Part shown: positions 23,930-35,917 of the stretch, piece by piece
Numbering within the stretch: position 1 is the stretch's first letter
Layout of the letters: each line of letters starts with the position of its first letter
Source of the DNA: Camelus ferus
Lineage: Eukaryota
Length of the DNA stretch: 64,000 nucleotides
Reading direction: 5' to 3'
NCBI RefSeq assembly: GCF_009834535.1
Contig: NC_045697.1
Coordinates: forward strand, 43,526,001-43,590,000
The notes under the pieces: generated by a model
The model's input: only the letters and a program-made list of their open reading frames with translations
The model's database searches: none
Told to the model about the DNA's origin: nothing
Position numbers and translations under genes: made by a program

Positions 23930-24300
23930 ATGTCCCACAGAGCTCCAAAGAAGAGAAATGCACCAGCCATCAAGAAGCACCTTGAATCAGAGAATCCCAA
24001 CACTCTCGGCTGTGGCTCTCCGTCTCTGATCTCTGTGATTTGCTTTGCATTTGCTGTATTTATCACTTGCTCTCTCGCTAGGCTCACTTTTTCTTCTTTT
24101 TTGGTCAATACAGCAGAAAACAGTTCCTTAGGATTGTCAGTCACTACAGAGAATACTCTAATTGGATCATCTTGGGCCAGATTCCAACTCTTAGACTAAT
24201 CAACCAAGTTGGGGGTTGAGTTCCCTTGTACTAATACACAACAACAACAGCTGTTGCCTTGAGGACAGAGTGGAAGAGTATTTCCTAAAGGATAGGAAAT
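23930..24300 (-). mobile_element. MLT1J/K-like MaLR LTR fragment
   Basis: 'tctaattggatcatcttgggccagattccaactcttagactaatca' resembles the conserved motif of old MLT1 LTRs. Confidence 0.55.
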
Positions 24301-24434
24301 CCTTCCTTCATTATGTGCTCGCCATGTTCATATAAAGTAGAATTTTAATTATCAGGATCATGAACAAATTGAAAAGTTTAAACAACTGAATGTTTTCACA
24401 AATAAAATTAAAGCAAATAAAAAAATATCCTGGT

Positions 24435-24575
24435 GGGGAGGGTATAGCTGTAGTGGTAGAGTGCATGCTTAGCATGCATGAGGTCTTGGGCTCAGTCCCC
24501 AGTACTTCCTCTAAGAGTAAATAAATAAGTAAACCTAATCACCTCCCCTCTACCAAAAAAAAAAAAAAAAAAAAC
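24435..24575 (+). mobile_element. Camelid tRNA-derived SINE (Vic-1 type)
   Basis: Head 'ggggagggtatagctgtagtggtagagtgcatgcttagcatgcatgaggtcttgggctcagtccccagtac' with A/B-box-like motifs; tail 'taaataaataagtaaacctaatcacctcccc' plus poly(A); imperfect TSD aaaaatatcct / aaacaaatcct. Confidence 0.9.
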
Positions 24576-24633
24576 AAATCCTAGAGTATTGGCAAGAAAT
24601 CTTCAGAAGACTAGAGACAAAAAGAGAGTAGAG

Positions 24634-24718
24634 CAGGGCTGCACATACAATTTTGCAGGCTGTCCAATGCCCAACTTCTAGAATACACCATTCATGATGA
24701 CTCTATACTGCAGCCCCA
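24634..24718. mobile_element. MER91A-like (hAT-Tip100) fragment
   Basis: 'cagggctgcacatacaattttgcaggctgtccaatgcccaacttctagaatacaccattca...gcagcccc'. Confidence 0.55.
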
Positions 24719-25949
24719 GTCAATGAAATGTTTAGGGGGAAAAAAAGTGGTTTTCTGTAGCAAAGATTGCTTGGTCATTGGTGATGAGTCTTTGACACAT
24801 AAATCATTACATTTTTTTTAAAAGCCTATATTTTCAAAATTTCTAATTATTTTAGTCTGCATACTCTGGATACATGTATCCAAATGATTGCTATTCAAAT
24901 TATTTCCTAATTTAGATTTCTATAAAGCTGCACACACAACTTTTTCGATATCAGCCTAAAACAAAACTACAGTACTAATTGAATGAGCTTCTAAGAAACA
25001 AATAGAATATTCATCTTTTTGGTCTTATTCAGAAACAAGGCAGAAATTTCTAGGGAAGAAATGCCATTGACTCATCTTTGTAATCTGAGCTGCTAAAGTA
25101 TGAGCTTCATGAATTAAATTCTTCAGAAAGTCAAAGTAATTCACAGAAAACATATTTATTCACCATGAAATTATGGAAAAAGTTTGTGTATTTTCAAGAA
25201 GTTTACTCAGTGAACTTGGTTTCTTCCTGGGCAATTTAATCATAGAATCTCAAATAATTCACTGGAAACAACACAGCAGAACCCTCAATTATTGAGACAT
25301 TTCCCAATATTAAACTTTGAAGACAAATGAGAAAAAAATAATCTTAGGAATATAAAATGCAACAAAATTTATTCATAAAAATAATTTTCTTTCCACTGAT
25401 AATAACCCCTTATATAGCCCTCCCACATATACCATGCTTTGAAAGATTTTATATTCAAAGTTGTAATTATTAAATATTATTTATGTAGTCAATGATTATA
25501 GCTATCATTCTGAGTTTCTGATTTATCACTTAATAAAATTATGGTCAAAGCAAAGAATCTAATGTCTTAGTTAATCTGGACAACCTCATTGAGGTTAATA
25601 TATAATTTCTGTTACATTTTTTACAGTAGTGAAAATAATTCAGTGGTGCCCATTATTACATTTGAACCCATTAGAGTTCAAGGATCTTAGTCTAGAAGCC
25701 AGAGTTCTAAAATTATCATAAATTAAATTTACTCTTCTAAACTTATATTCATAATTATATATCAAAAAATATATATTGAAAAATTATATATTGAAAATGT
25801 TCAAGACCATAATGTAATATCTGAATCATCAAAATTAAAATTGTTCACTACTCACAAAAATATTATTTGAAAAGCTCCTTCATAAGCAAGAAATACAAAA
25901 GCACAATGCATTCTCTCAGTGAGCTCAGAGGACTCTGAGAGTTATAAGG

Positions 25950-26400
25950 TATTTATTCATTTATCTAATCAGCAAATAAATAGTGGGCACTTACGTACCA
26001 GGCTGTGTTAAATTCTTGGAAATTAAAAACAAATCTCTGCCCTCAAAGTACTCACCAACAAGTAGAGGGAGGAAAACCAGTGCTACAACAGGCATGGATA
26101 TAGAGTGGATTAGAGGCATGAGGGAGGGAGTAATCAGCAAGATGCTGGGAGTTTCAGGATATTCATTACAAGGAGGTGATATGAACTGAGCCCAGAAAAA
26201 GTAGAAGGTATTAGACATATGGACTTGGGATAGGACAGTCCTGGTGGTAGGAAAATGGCTAGGGAAGAGTGAAAGATCATCACAGCCTGGCATGCTGGAG
26301 AGCTGCAAGCAGGGCATCAGTAAGACGACAGGCTTGGAGCTGAGAGCAGGAGGGAGGGCGCAGCAAGAGATAAGAATAGGAAAATTTACAAAGTAAGGCA
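25950..26400 (-). mobile_element. L2 3' end
   Basis: 'atttattcatttatctaatcagcaaataaatagtgggcacttacgtaccaggc...tctctgccctcaaagtactcac...ggaggtgatatgaactgagccc'. Confidence 0.85.
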
Positions 26401-26544
26401 TCTACATTCAAAATTTTGATGTAAGGTAGAATATTATCAAAGGTACTATACACTTAATCAATGGAAATCCATTGTAGATATTTAAATAAGTAACTTATGT
26501 GACTGCTATGCTGTATTTTCTAATAAAATAAAAGTAAATTAAAA

Positions 26545-27505
26545 CCTTTGACACCAAAACTAGAGAAAGAGAATACAAAAAGAACACTACAGAACCAGAT
26601 CTCTTGTGAACATAGACACAAAAATTCACACAAAAAAAGAGAAAAAAAGGTAAATAGAACCCTGCAATACATAGAAAGAATCATATACCAAAACTATTTG
26701 GAGTCTACCAAGGAATGCAAAAATGGTTCAACATTTGAAAATCAATCAACATAATCCACCATATTAACAATTAAGGAAAGGAAAACCATCTGATCACATC
26801 AACTGATGCAGAAAAAATTTTTGACAAAAGTCAACATCCATTTATGAAAAAAACTGCAGCAAACCTAGGTTAATCACCACAAATTCATCACCTCACACAG
26901 TCAATGTGTGTGTGTGTGAGAGAGAGAGAGAGAATATGTGATGAGGACACTTAAGATTTACTGTCTTACCAAATTTCAAGTACACAATATAGTGTTGTTA
27001 AATAAAGTCACCATGCTGTCCATTAGATCTCCAGGACTTATTCAACCTGAGAAGGGGCATCTACCAAAATAAAAACCTACAGCTAATCTCATACTTAATG
27101 GTAAGAGACCGAATGCTTTCCCCTAAGATTGGGAGCAAGGCAATGATGTCCAATCTCACCACTCCTAATGGATGGCAAACTGGAAATTCTAGCTAGTGCA
27201 AAAAAGAAAAAAAAAAAAAGAAAGAAAAGTCATACAGATAAAAAAGGATAAATAAAACTATCTCTGTTTACAAACACCATGATTGTTTGTAGAAAATGCT
27301 AAAGAATATAACAAAAACAAAAAACTCCCACAAAGAAAGAGTATAGCAAGGTTATAGAATACAAGTCCAAAAAATAAAAATTAATCATATTTCCTTATAC
27401 TAGCAATTTATAATTAGAAAATAAAATTTTAAAACAATACCACTTACAATAGCTCAAAAAATTAAATATTTATGTATAAATCTAACAAAACATGTACAAG
27501 ACCTA
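26545..27505 (+). mobile_element. L1M ORF2 (RT region) fragment, interrupted at 26870-27044
   Basis: 'actacagaaccagatctcttgtgaacatagacacaaaa...caaggaatgcaaaaatggttcaacatttgaaaatcaatcaac...gatgcagaaaaaatttttgacaaaagtcaacatccatttatg...cctacagctaatctcatacttaatgg'. Confidence 0.88.
26873..27044 (-). repeat. Inverted duplicate of 28093-28272 (L1MA9-type 3' UTR piece with a (TC)n(CA)n microsatellite)
   Basis: Its reverse complement aligns to 28093-28272 with 10 substitutions plus a CA-repeat length difference (hand alignment). Confidence 0.95.
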
Positions 27506-27519
27506 AGCCCTAGACTTTA

Positions 27520-28203
27520 AGCCACTTGTTTGAATGGCTATTACCAAAAAGACAAAAGATAGCAAATATCAGAGAGAATATGGAGAAAAAGGAATCACTG
27601 CACATTGCTATTGGGAATGTAAATTGACATAGTCATAGAAAATAGTATAGAGGTTCCCCCAAAAATCAAAAATAGAACTCCATATAATCTAACAATCCCA
27701 CTTCTAGGTATCTACCCAAAGAAAATGAAATCAGTATCTTGAAGAGATATCTGTACTCCCGTGTTTATTGCAGCATTATTCACAAGAGCCAAAATATGGG
27801 AACAACCTAAATGTCCATCGATAAATGAATGAATAAAGAAACTATGATACATATTTTTTCAGCCTTAAAAACATTATTCAGTCTTAAAAAAAGAAAGGTA
27901 TTCTGATATTTGCAACAACATGGATGAACCTGGAGGACATTACACTCAGTGAAATAAGCCAAACACAGAAAGACAAATGCTGCATGTAGTCAGACTCATA
28001 GAAGCACAAAGTACAATGGTGGTTGCCAGGGACTGGGGGTAGGGGAATGGGGAGATGTTGATCAAAGGGTACAAAGTTTCAGTTACACAAGATGAATAAG
28101 TCCTGGAGATCTAATGTACAGCATGGTGGCTTTATTTAACAGCACTATATTGTATACCTGAAATTTGGTAAGACAGTAAATCTTAAGCGTCCTCATCACA
28201 CAT

Positions 28204-28239
<36 letters not shown>

Positions 28240-28380
28240 GTTGACTACGTGAGGTGATGAATTTGTGGTGATCATTTCAAAATGTATGTGTATATAAAAA
28301 TATTAAGTAATATGCCTTAAATATGTACAATTTTTATTTGTCAATTATACTTCAATAAAACTGAAAAGAAAAAGAAAAAA
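27520..28380 (+). mobile_element. L1MA9-like ORF2 end and 3' UTR with A-rich tail
   Basis: 'gaatggctattaccaaaaagacaaaagatagcaaa...catggatgaacctggaggacattacactcagtgaaataagcc...aaagggtacaaagtttcagttacacaagatgaataagt...tttttatttgtcaattatacttcaataaaactgaaaa'. Confidence 0.92.
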
Positions 28381-28384
28381 TAAG

Positions 28385-28855
28385 TTAAACAGCCATAATT
28401 AGACTGACAGATGAGCTCTCAATGGAAACCAGAAGACAATAAAAGGTATTTTCAACCTTCTGAAAGCAACTAACTTAAAATCTAGAATTCTACACACAGC
28501 AGAAATGTCCCGCAAGAATGAAACTAAAATAAAGACTTTTATGCAAATTAATATATAGTAAGAGAAAAAAGATCAGTGGTTGGGAGCAAAGAGGGAGAGG
28601 GAGACATTACCAGGGGACAGGAGGAAATTTGGGGTTCAAATGTGTCCACTGTTTTTACTGTGACAGTTCCACAGCTGTAAACATGTGACAAAACTTACCA
28701 AATTGTACACTTTAAATATTTGCTGTTTATTGTATGTCAACTATACCTCAATAAAGCTATTTTTAAATAAATAAATAATAAAGACATTTTCAGACAAACA
28801 AAACTGAGGGAATTCATCACCAGCAGACTCACCCAAAATTGAATTCTAAAGGCTT
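28385..28855 (+). mobile_element. L1 ORF1 C-terminal fragment interrupted by an L1MC/MD-type 3' end (~28545-28776)
   Basis: ORF1-like 'attagactgacag...ctagaattctacacacagc...caagaatgaa' resumes as 'acattttcagacaaacaaaactgagggaattcatcaccagcagac'; the insert is flanked by aataaagactttt / aataaagacatttt. Confidence 0.8.
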
Positions 28856-31644
28856 GTCACTACCTGTTTTATCAGATTTTTATGTAAATCTGTTGAAGAG
28901 GGGCTCTACTGTGCTTGTTCCCACAAACAAGGCACCAGGGTTTCACTCAGGGTGGCAGGAAGTTGAGTCAATCTTTTTCCAGAAGAGGGAAGGTAAGGTC
29001 AGCTAGTCTGTGTTGCTATAGTTCGATTCACAGTCCTGCACCCTTTGGTTCAGAGCTACAGTGACATCCATGCATTCAAATAATCATCCTTCTTTGACTA
29101 ATCTTTTGGGCTAGACTTATCATTTTTCTTGCCTATGATCTACATGGTAAGTGATATCAAAAATTATACAAAGTATTGTTAGGTTTTCCCAGTTTAAGTA
29201 CTAAAAGTATTTCTATGTTCTCATTTTTTCCCATGGTTTTCACCAGGCTCTAATAACACACACCTGGTATTCTATGTACCAGAAGTTGCAACCTTGGAAA
29301 TACCAGAAAAGGTAATAGGGATACATGAAGAAGGGACAGATTAGACAGAGAGAGAGAAAAAGTGATTACAATTTATCAAGATTTAAGTACAGTGAAAAGA
29401 AAGACTATTATTTTCACAGTTGTCACTTCTTGGGAAGAAAATTTGTCTTTATACAGGAAATACTTTGAAATTCTATTAGCATACAAAAAATTAAGACCCT
29501 GAGTTTAAAGACTGGCTACAGACAATGGAACAAACCTCTCTGCTGGAGAAAACAGGCAGATGTGGGAGGGCTACAGAAAAGAAAGGAGAGGAGGGTGAAG
29601 GAGGAAGGGAGAGGGGTGGGAAGGCTGGGCAAGCGGACAGGTGGCCAGAGCCCCAGGGGACCTGAATAACCAGGACAGATAAAGGGCTTTAAAGAGCAGG
29701 ATATTTAGCGTTTAGCCTTATGCTAATTATGCCTCTGAGCTACAAACCCCCTTCAACATTCTAAAGCCTTTAGTAAGTTCTGCTATAAACACAAATTCCC
29801 TGTGAGAGTTATTTGAAGAGAAGTCCAGGAAAAGTTCCATATTTGTAACAGGTAGAAAAAGGCTGTAGAAGATGGAATGTTCATGAAATGGACAGTTCAC
29901 AGAGACTAGGAGTTTAGAGTCAAAAGTGAGTATGGAAATATAAACTTACAGGAATTTGCTAAGTCATGACCAGGTGCTGAGCTTCTTACAGAATATTGGG
30001 AAGTCTATATTTTATTTAAATCTCATAGACAAGGAGACTAGAGTTAACATCTGAGTCACATGTCTTTTTTCTTTTTGTTTCTGTTTTTGTTTTTTTTTTT
30101 TTCATACCCCTACCACCAAAAACACTGGAAAGCGTATTTGAGAAACACAGGTTTAATTGAAGATAACAAAGCTATCCTAATATTAGACATGATCAAAACA
30201 GAACATTCTCAAGAAACAAATCATTATCCAAAAGAAGCCTTTAATAAATATCTTCTAGCTCCCAACATTATTGCCTGAATGCTCAGCTTTGACTCCAATT
30301 CCTGATGTTATGCTTGGCACATCGTAGGTGCCCAAGAAACTACTGGTGAACTAAATAAATCTACAGAATAAAAGCCTGTCCCTACCAAGGTCTTTTCCTT
30401 AATATAGAATATTACTGCATTTGAGTTTCCACTAGACAGTTGGTATTCATGCAAGCAGGCACAACTAAGGGACTTTCAAACTTCTTAAGGCATAAAATAT
30501 CGTTTTAGAAATGACTTGTTCCTGGAATTTTTTTTTTAAGCAGTTGTCATTGAAAGCTTGGGGAATAAAAAGATCTGGTGTTGGATCTGAAGAACTGTAT
30601 TCACTAAAGCAGCGTCTGAATGCTTCTGAATACTCATACATGTGCACAGGAAGTAGAATTCCAGAAACGGTGAATACTTCTTCTTCTCAATAAATGAACG
30701 TATTGAATGTAACTCTTCTAGATGGGACCACTGACAAGGAAAAGAGGTTGAGTGGATCTTTGTACAACTCGTATTGGAACAACAAAAAATATTGAAGAAA
30801 ATTTTAGAAAAGAAAACAATAACTTTAAAAAAGCTAAAAAAAAAAGTTTCAACTACTGCTAGAATAATTACATTAGCAGATAAAGCTGTTCTGCTCCCAA
30901 ACATTGAAACACTTCTATTATGAAAGAGACAAGTGGAAAATAAACTGAGAGTTTATTTCTAAAAGCAATTTCTTTATGTAGCAGGAGGAAAAAAAATATA
31001 ACTTCACAGCTCTATAAAAGGGAAAGATCATGTTATATTAAAGGCCGTCATTCAACTGAGCTACTCTGTAGAAAAGAGAGAATTTATATCTGGCAGTGGA
31101 AAGAAAAAGTCAGCATTCCAGGAAGGAGGAAAGGAGAAAGAGAAATGGGAGGAAGAGGGAGGGAGGGAGAAAAGGACAGATAGAAGGCCACGTGCTCTGC
31201 AGTAAATCCCCATCTTGAAAATCTCCTCAAATATTTAGCAAATGCTGATAGAAAGCATTAGATCCCTGCTGAATGCCACCTTATTGTGGGGAGGGGAAGT
31301 CACTGTAAAAGGATGAACTTTGTACATGGGATGTGACAGGATTCTTTGCGAAGAGCTTTTTTTTTTAATTCTCATAAAACCCAAGGCAATGACTAATGAA
31401 CATCTTCATTAATGAGGATGAGAGCTGATTCCAGGAGCACTGGGGGAGTGGGGTCTATAACACGTGAAAGGGAATGTTAGGATAATATTTTTAGATGAGA
31501 TACAAGATTAGTCAGTATCCTTCAGGGCAATAAAAGCATAACCTTAAGATATAAATTTCTACTAGGAAAATAATTCAGAGGCCATCATTAATTCCAGTGT
31601 GGGCTCCGAATCACAGCAAATAAGTCAGAAAAAGTATTCTTTTG

Positions 31645-32330
31645 GGTTCGTTGACAAAACAACAGCCTGCAGGCAAACCACCTGGTTTTACAAATACAGG
31701 CAAACCTCGGAGATACTGTGGATTTAGTTCCAGAACACTGCGGTAAAGGGAATGTCACAACAAAGTGAGTTTCCCAAATGTTTTTGGTTTCCTATTGCAC
31801 CTAAAACTTACATTTACACTGTCCTGTAGTCTATTACGTGGGCAATAGCATTATATCTAAAAAACAACGCACATACATTCATTTAAAAAGACTATTGCTG
31901 AAAAATGTTCACCATCATCTGAGCCTTTAGCAAGTTGTTATCTTTTGCAATAGTCACATCAAAGATTACTGATGACAGATCACCATAACAAATAGAATAA
32001 TAACGAAAAAGTCTGAAATATTGTGAGAATAGTGAACAAATTTGTTGAAAAAAATGGTCCTGATAGACTTGCTCCATGCAGGGCTGCCACAAACCTTCCA
32101 CTTAAAAACATGGTCTCTGCAAAGCATAATAAAGCAAAGCGCAATGACACAAGGAAGGTGTGCCTATAAAGCCTTTTTGGAACACAGCCAAGTCCATTTG
32201 TTTAAACATTTTCTCCAACTGCTTTCAAGCTACAACAGCAGAGTTGAGTAATTGTAACAGAGATTATATGGCCTGCAAGTTTAAAATATTTACTCTCTGA
32301 CCCTTTAAGGAAAAGTTTGCCCATCTCTGC
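31645..32330. mobile_element. MER58A (hAT-Charlie) split by a Tigger1 derivative
   Basis: 5' part 'gttgacaaaacaacagcctgcaggcaaaccacctggttttacaaata'; 3' part 'ttggaacacagcc...acaacagcagagttgagtaattgtaacagag...aaaatatttactctctgaccctttaaggaaaagtttgcc'. Confidence 0.88.
31697..32166 (-). mobile_element. Internally deleted Tigger1 (TcMar-Tigger) derivative
   Basis: Termini caggcaaacctcg / aggtgtgccta; TA on both sides (31695-96, 32167-68); internal 'caatagtcacatcaaagattactgatgacagatcaccataaca' and 'gcagggctgccacaaaccttc'. Confidence 0.92.
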
Positions 32331-33104
32331 CCTAGATGATTAAACACATTACTGAGAAGACGTGTAGAAAATACTCCAATAGGACATTGAAAGGACATGT
32401 CGCCCACTCTTCGCCATATTTCCAAAGTTTGAACGATTTTTCTTAACAAGAAAATTTAGGTAGGGTAAAGCATAACTCTTTGATGCAAGGTTCAAACCAC
32501 AAAGAGTATAAAAACCTAGAAATTAACAGATACCAGAAAAGAGCTTTGAACTTTCAGAGGCAGCGGCATTGACGGGGCAATACAACAATGGCACAGGGCA
32601 CAATGGCAGCAGATGGTACACGAGTAATACAGGAACCATGTGGCAGAATCAGTGTAGAGTCTGTCAGATCTTCTGTATTTTCTCCTCCTTATGAAACACA
32701 GCGATCATTGTTCATAGTAATCATCTTAGGACACAACACAATCCTGAAGACTGGCAACGTTTCATGAAAAGGAGTCTAATCTTGTTCAGCATAGTTTCAG
32801 TGACAATGAGTATTCTCTTGGTCCAAATCTTATAGTACAAACAATATGTAATGCATGTCCTATGGCAATGGTTTCCAGATTGCACTCTGTAAGGGAAGGA
32901 GGAGGAAGGATAGAGGAGTCTGCGAGTAGGATTCCCAAATTTTTTCTCTTATTTTAATCCCAGGGAGCTGCCTTTTACCAATTTAAAAAAATCAGGTGTC
33001 CACCACTTTGAATTAATGCCTACTTGGGAGGAGGGGAAAAAAACACTGCCTGTACTGCCCAAAGATGCTGCTAAATGGTCAAGACTTTCCAACTGAGAAG
33101 AGAG

Positions 33105-34105
33105 AGAAAACACAGAAATGAAACAGGGAACGTCACAGCAGACCCTGCAGCCATTAAAAGGATACCATTAAAAGTACTTTTAAAGTCATTAAAAGCTCTA
33201 TGAACTACTTTATTCTCACAAATTTGGCAATTTGAAAGAAATGGACAAATTCTTCAAAAACAACAAACTACCAAAAAAGAGCCAATATGAAAGTAGGGAA
33301 CCAGAATAGTCCTAAAATTGCTAAAAAGAGGTTGGATTCCAAGTTTTAAAACTCCTGAAACAGAAATCTCCAGATCACAGTGGTTTCTCTTAGAATTTTA
33401 TCAGACATTTAAAGAAATAACACCAATTTAACACAACCTCCAGAAAGTTGAAGAGAACACATCCCAAACCATTGTATGAAGCCAGTATAACACTGATATC
33501 AAATCTAGACAACAATATGACATAATAAGAAAACTACAGACCAATATCGTTCATGAATTTGGACATCAAAATCCTAATAAAATATTAGTACAGTTGTCCC
33601 TCAGTATTTGTAGGGAATTGATTCCAGGGCCACCCATGGATACCAAAATTCTCAGATGTTCAATTCCCTTATATAAAATGACATAGTATTTGCATACAAC
33701 CTATGCACATCCTCCCATACGTTTTAAATCATTATTTATAATACCCAATACAATATAAATGCTGTGAAAATAGTTGCCACCAAGTGACAAAATCAAGCTT
33801 TGCTTTTAGGAACTTTATGCAATTATTTTTTTAAATATTTTTGATCCATGGTCGGTTGTATCTGCAGATACAGAACCTGAAGATTTGGAGGGCCAGTCAT
33901 AAATTAAATCCAACGATATATCAAAAGAATAATACGCTATGAACAAGTGGGATTTATTCCAAGTAGCAGGTTGATTCAATATCCAAAAATAAATCAGTGA
34001 AATCTACCATATCAACAGGCTAAAGAGGAAAAAAATCACATGATTGTATCTATCAACTCATTCCTCATTCATGACTTAAAAATCTAGCACACTAGGAATA
34101 GAGAA
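33105..34105 (+). mobile_element. L1M ORF2 fragment (split by MER2)
   Basis: 'cagaccctgcagccattaaaaggata...gaaatggacaaattcttcaaaa...gaaatctccag...tatgaagccagtataacactgatatcaaa...aaaactacagaccaatatc'. Confidence 0.85.
33591..33899 (+). mobile_element. MER2/MER2B (TcMar-Tigger MITE)
   Basis: 'cagttgtccctcagtatttgtagggaattgattccagg...cccttatataaaatgacatagtatttgcatacaacctatgcacatcctcccatac'; TA flanks. Confidence 0.9.
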
Positions 34106-34154
34106 TTTTCTCTATTCCACCAGGATTGAATCATGTCTTGCCTCTGTCATAAGC

Positions 34155-34550
34155 CATGCAATCGCATTTTTTGACATTTATTCCAAAGATAAAAAGCTTA
34201 CATTTACACAAAATCCTGTACACAAATGTTCATAGTGACCTTATTCATAATAGCCAAAAACTGGAAACAAACAAATGTCCTTCAGTACATACAGTGAAAT
34301 ATACTGGTCCGCAGAAAAAAGGAACAGACACAACTCGGATGCATCTCCTGGGACTTGTGCTGTACGGGACAAGCCAAATGTTATATACTATATAATTCTA
34401 TTCTTACAACATCTGTGAAGTAATATAATTATAAAATGAGGAGCAAATTAGAGGCTGACTGGGATTAGGGATGGTGGGTGACTATAAGGGGACCCTTATG
34501 GTGACGGTAAAGTTAAGTAGCTGATTGTGGTGGTGGTTATTGCACAGAGT

Positions 34551-34584
<34 letters not shown>

Positions 34585-34800
34585 AAACACATGTGTAACT
34601 GGTGACAATGGAATAAGCTCTACAGATTGTACAACATCAATTTCCTAGTTTTAAAGTTGAACTATGACATTTTATGTACGACATTAACATTGGGGGATGC
34701 TTGGTGAAGGGTGCACAGGACCTCCTTGCACTTTTGTGTGCAACTTCCTGTGTATCTACAACTATTTCAAAATAAAATGCTAAAAAAGTAAATAAATAAA
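34155..34800 (+). mobile_element. L1MC/MD-type 3' end
   Basis: 'cctgtacacaaatgttcatag...atagccaaaaactggaaacaaacaaatgtccttc...ttgggggatgcttggtgaagggtgcacaggacctc...tgcaacttcctgtgtatctacaactatttcaaaataaaa'. Confidence 0.85.
34554..34582. repeat. (AC)n microsatellite
   Basis: Seen directly. Confidence 0.95.
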
Positions 34801-35044
34801 GTGCCCAAAGATGACACTTAGTTTTCCAGAATGCAGCAATACCTCCAATACACAAAATGTATACACTCCGGAAACACAGAATCTCAACGTGACACGTCTT
34901 AATGTGGCCTTTTGTCATTTAAGTTTACTAATTTCCTTACAGTTTATTGAACTCCAGGATCAAATTATTACATCTACATATGGGATAGAGGCACATTACA
35001 TAATAAATATATAACCTGTCTTCAGTCCCTGTCCATCATGAAAG

Positions 35045-35260
35045 TTAGCAGAATATAGTGGTTATAAGCAAGACTCTGGACCTGAACTGTTCCACTTACT
35101 ACCTGTGTGAGAAGTCGTTCCACCTCCCTTCCACCTCAACTCCTCATCTGTAAAATTGGTATGATAACAGTACCTACCTCAAAATGTGTTATGATTAAAT
35201 GAGCTAATGTTTGCAAAAAGTCTTGAAGAGCGCCTGGCACACTGCAAGTATATGAGGCAA
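35045..35260 (+). mobile_element. MIR SINE
   Basis: 'atagtggttataagcaagactctgga...ccacttactacctgtgtga...cctcatctgtaaaattggtatgataacagtacctacctc...gcgcctggcacac'. Confidence 0.9.
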
Positions 35261-35917
35261 GTTAACTCCATTACGTACGTCCTTGTTAACGTTGCTAAGA
35301 TGAGAATTCACTCTCTCTTTTGATTTCCTTTATCAGAGGACAAGTGCAAAAGAATGGGGCACAAGAAATTTGAGGCCATAAATAAAATCCCTCATATGAT
35401 TTTCACACTGAAAATCCCTCACCTCCCATAGAGTATTTCTTTACATAGTTCTACTGAGAAGCATAGAATGTCCCCAAGTAAACAATCACTGTCAGGATTG
35501 CCATTGAACCAGAAGTAGAAAACACCAGAAAAAAAGCTAAGAAAATCGCCTGTGAAATTGGTCTGATTCCTGCTTCAAAGGGTTTGGGATAAAGCACCAG
35601 ACAGTTATTTGATCTAAATCTAATTTCCTTGGATTTTTATCTTTTTTAAACAACTGATTTTTATAAAAAGATGTTTGCAACCTACAATGAATGTTTCTCT
35701 TCCACAAAAAAGTTAGCAATACCTTCCTCTCCCACCTGATGTCACATAATTAAAGCACTCACCATTCTGTTTTCCCAGTCAAAACAATCAGATTGAACAT
35801 GAAAATATACCATCAGGGGTGGAGGTGGGAGTAGGATGGGAGAGACCACAGACAAGACACGTGAGCATTATTAGAGGAACAGTCCGTATCTCTTCCTCCT
35901 TGCCTTCTTCCTCCATT

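Noticed and set aside
24435..24510. tRNA-Ala-like gene (also at 61761 and 63848)
   Set aside because: These are SINE heads: they are followed by a shared non-tRNA tail and A-rich end, have TSDs where both flanks are visible, and have disrupted cloverleaf stems.
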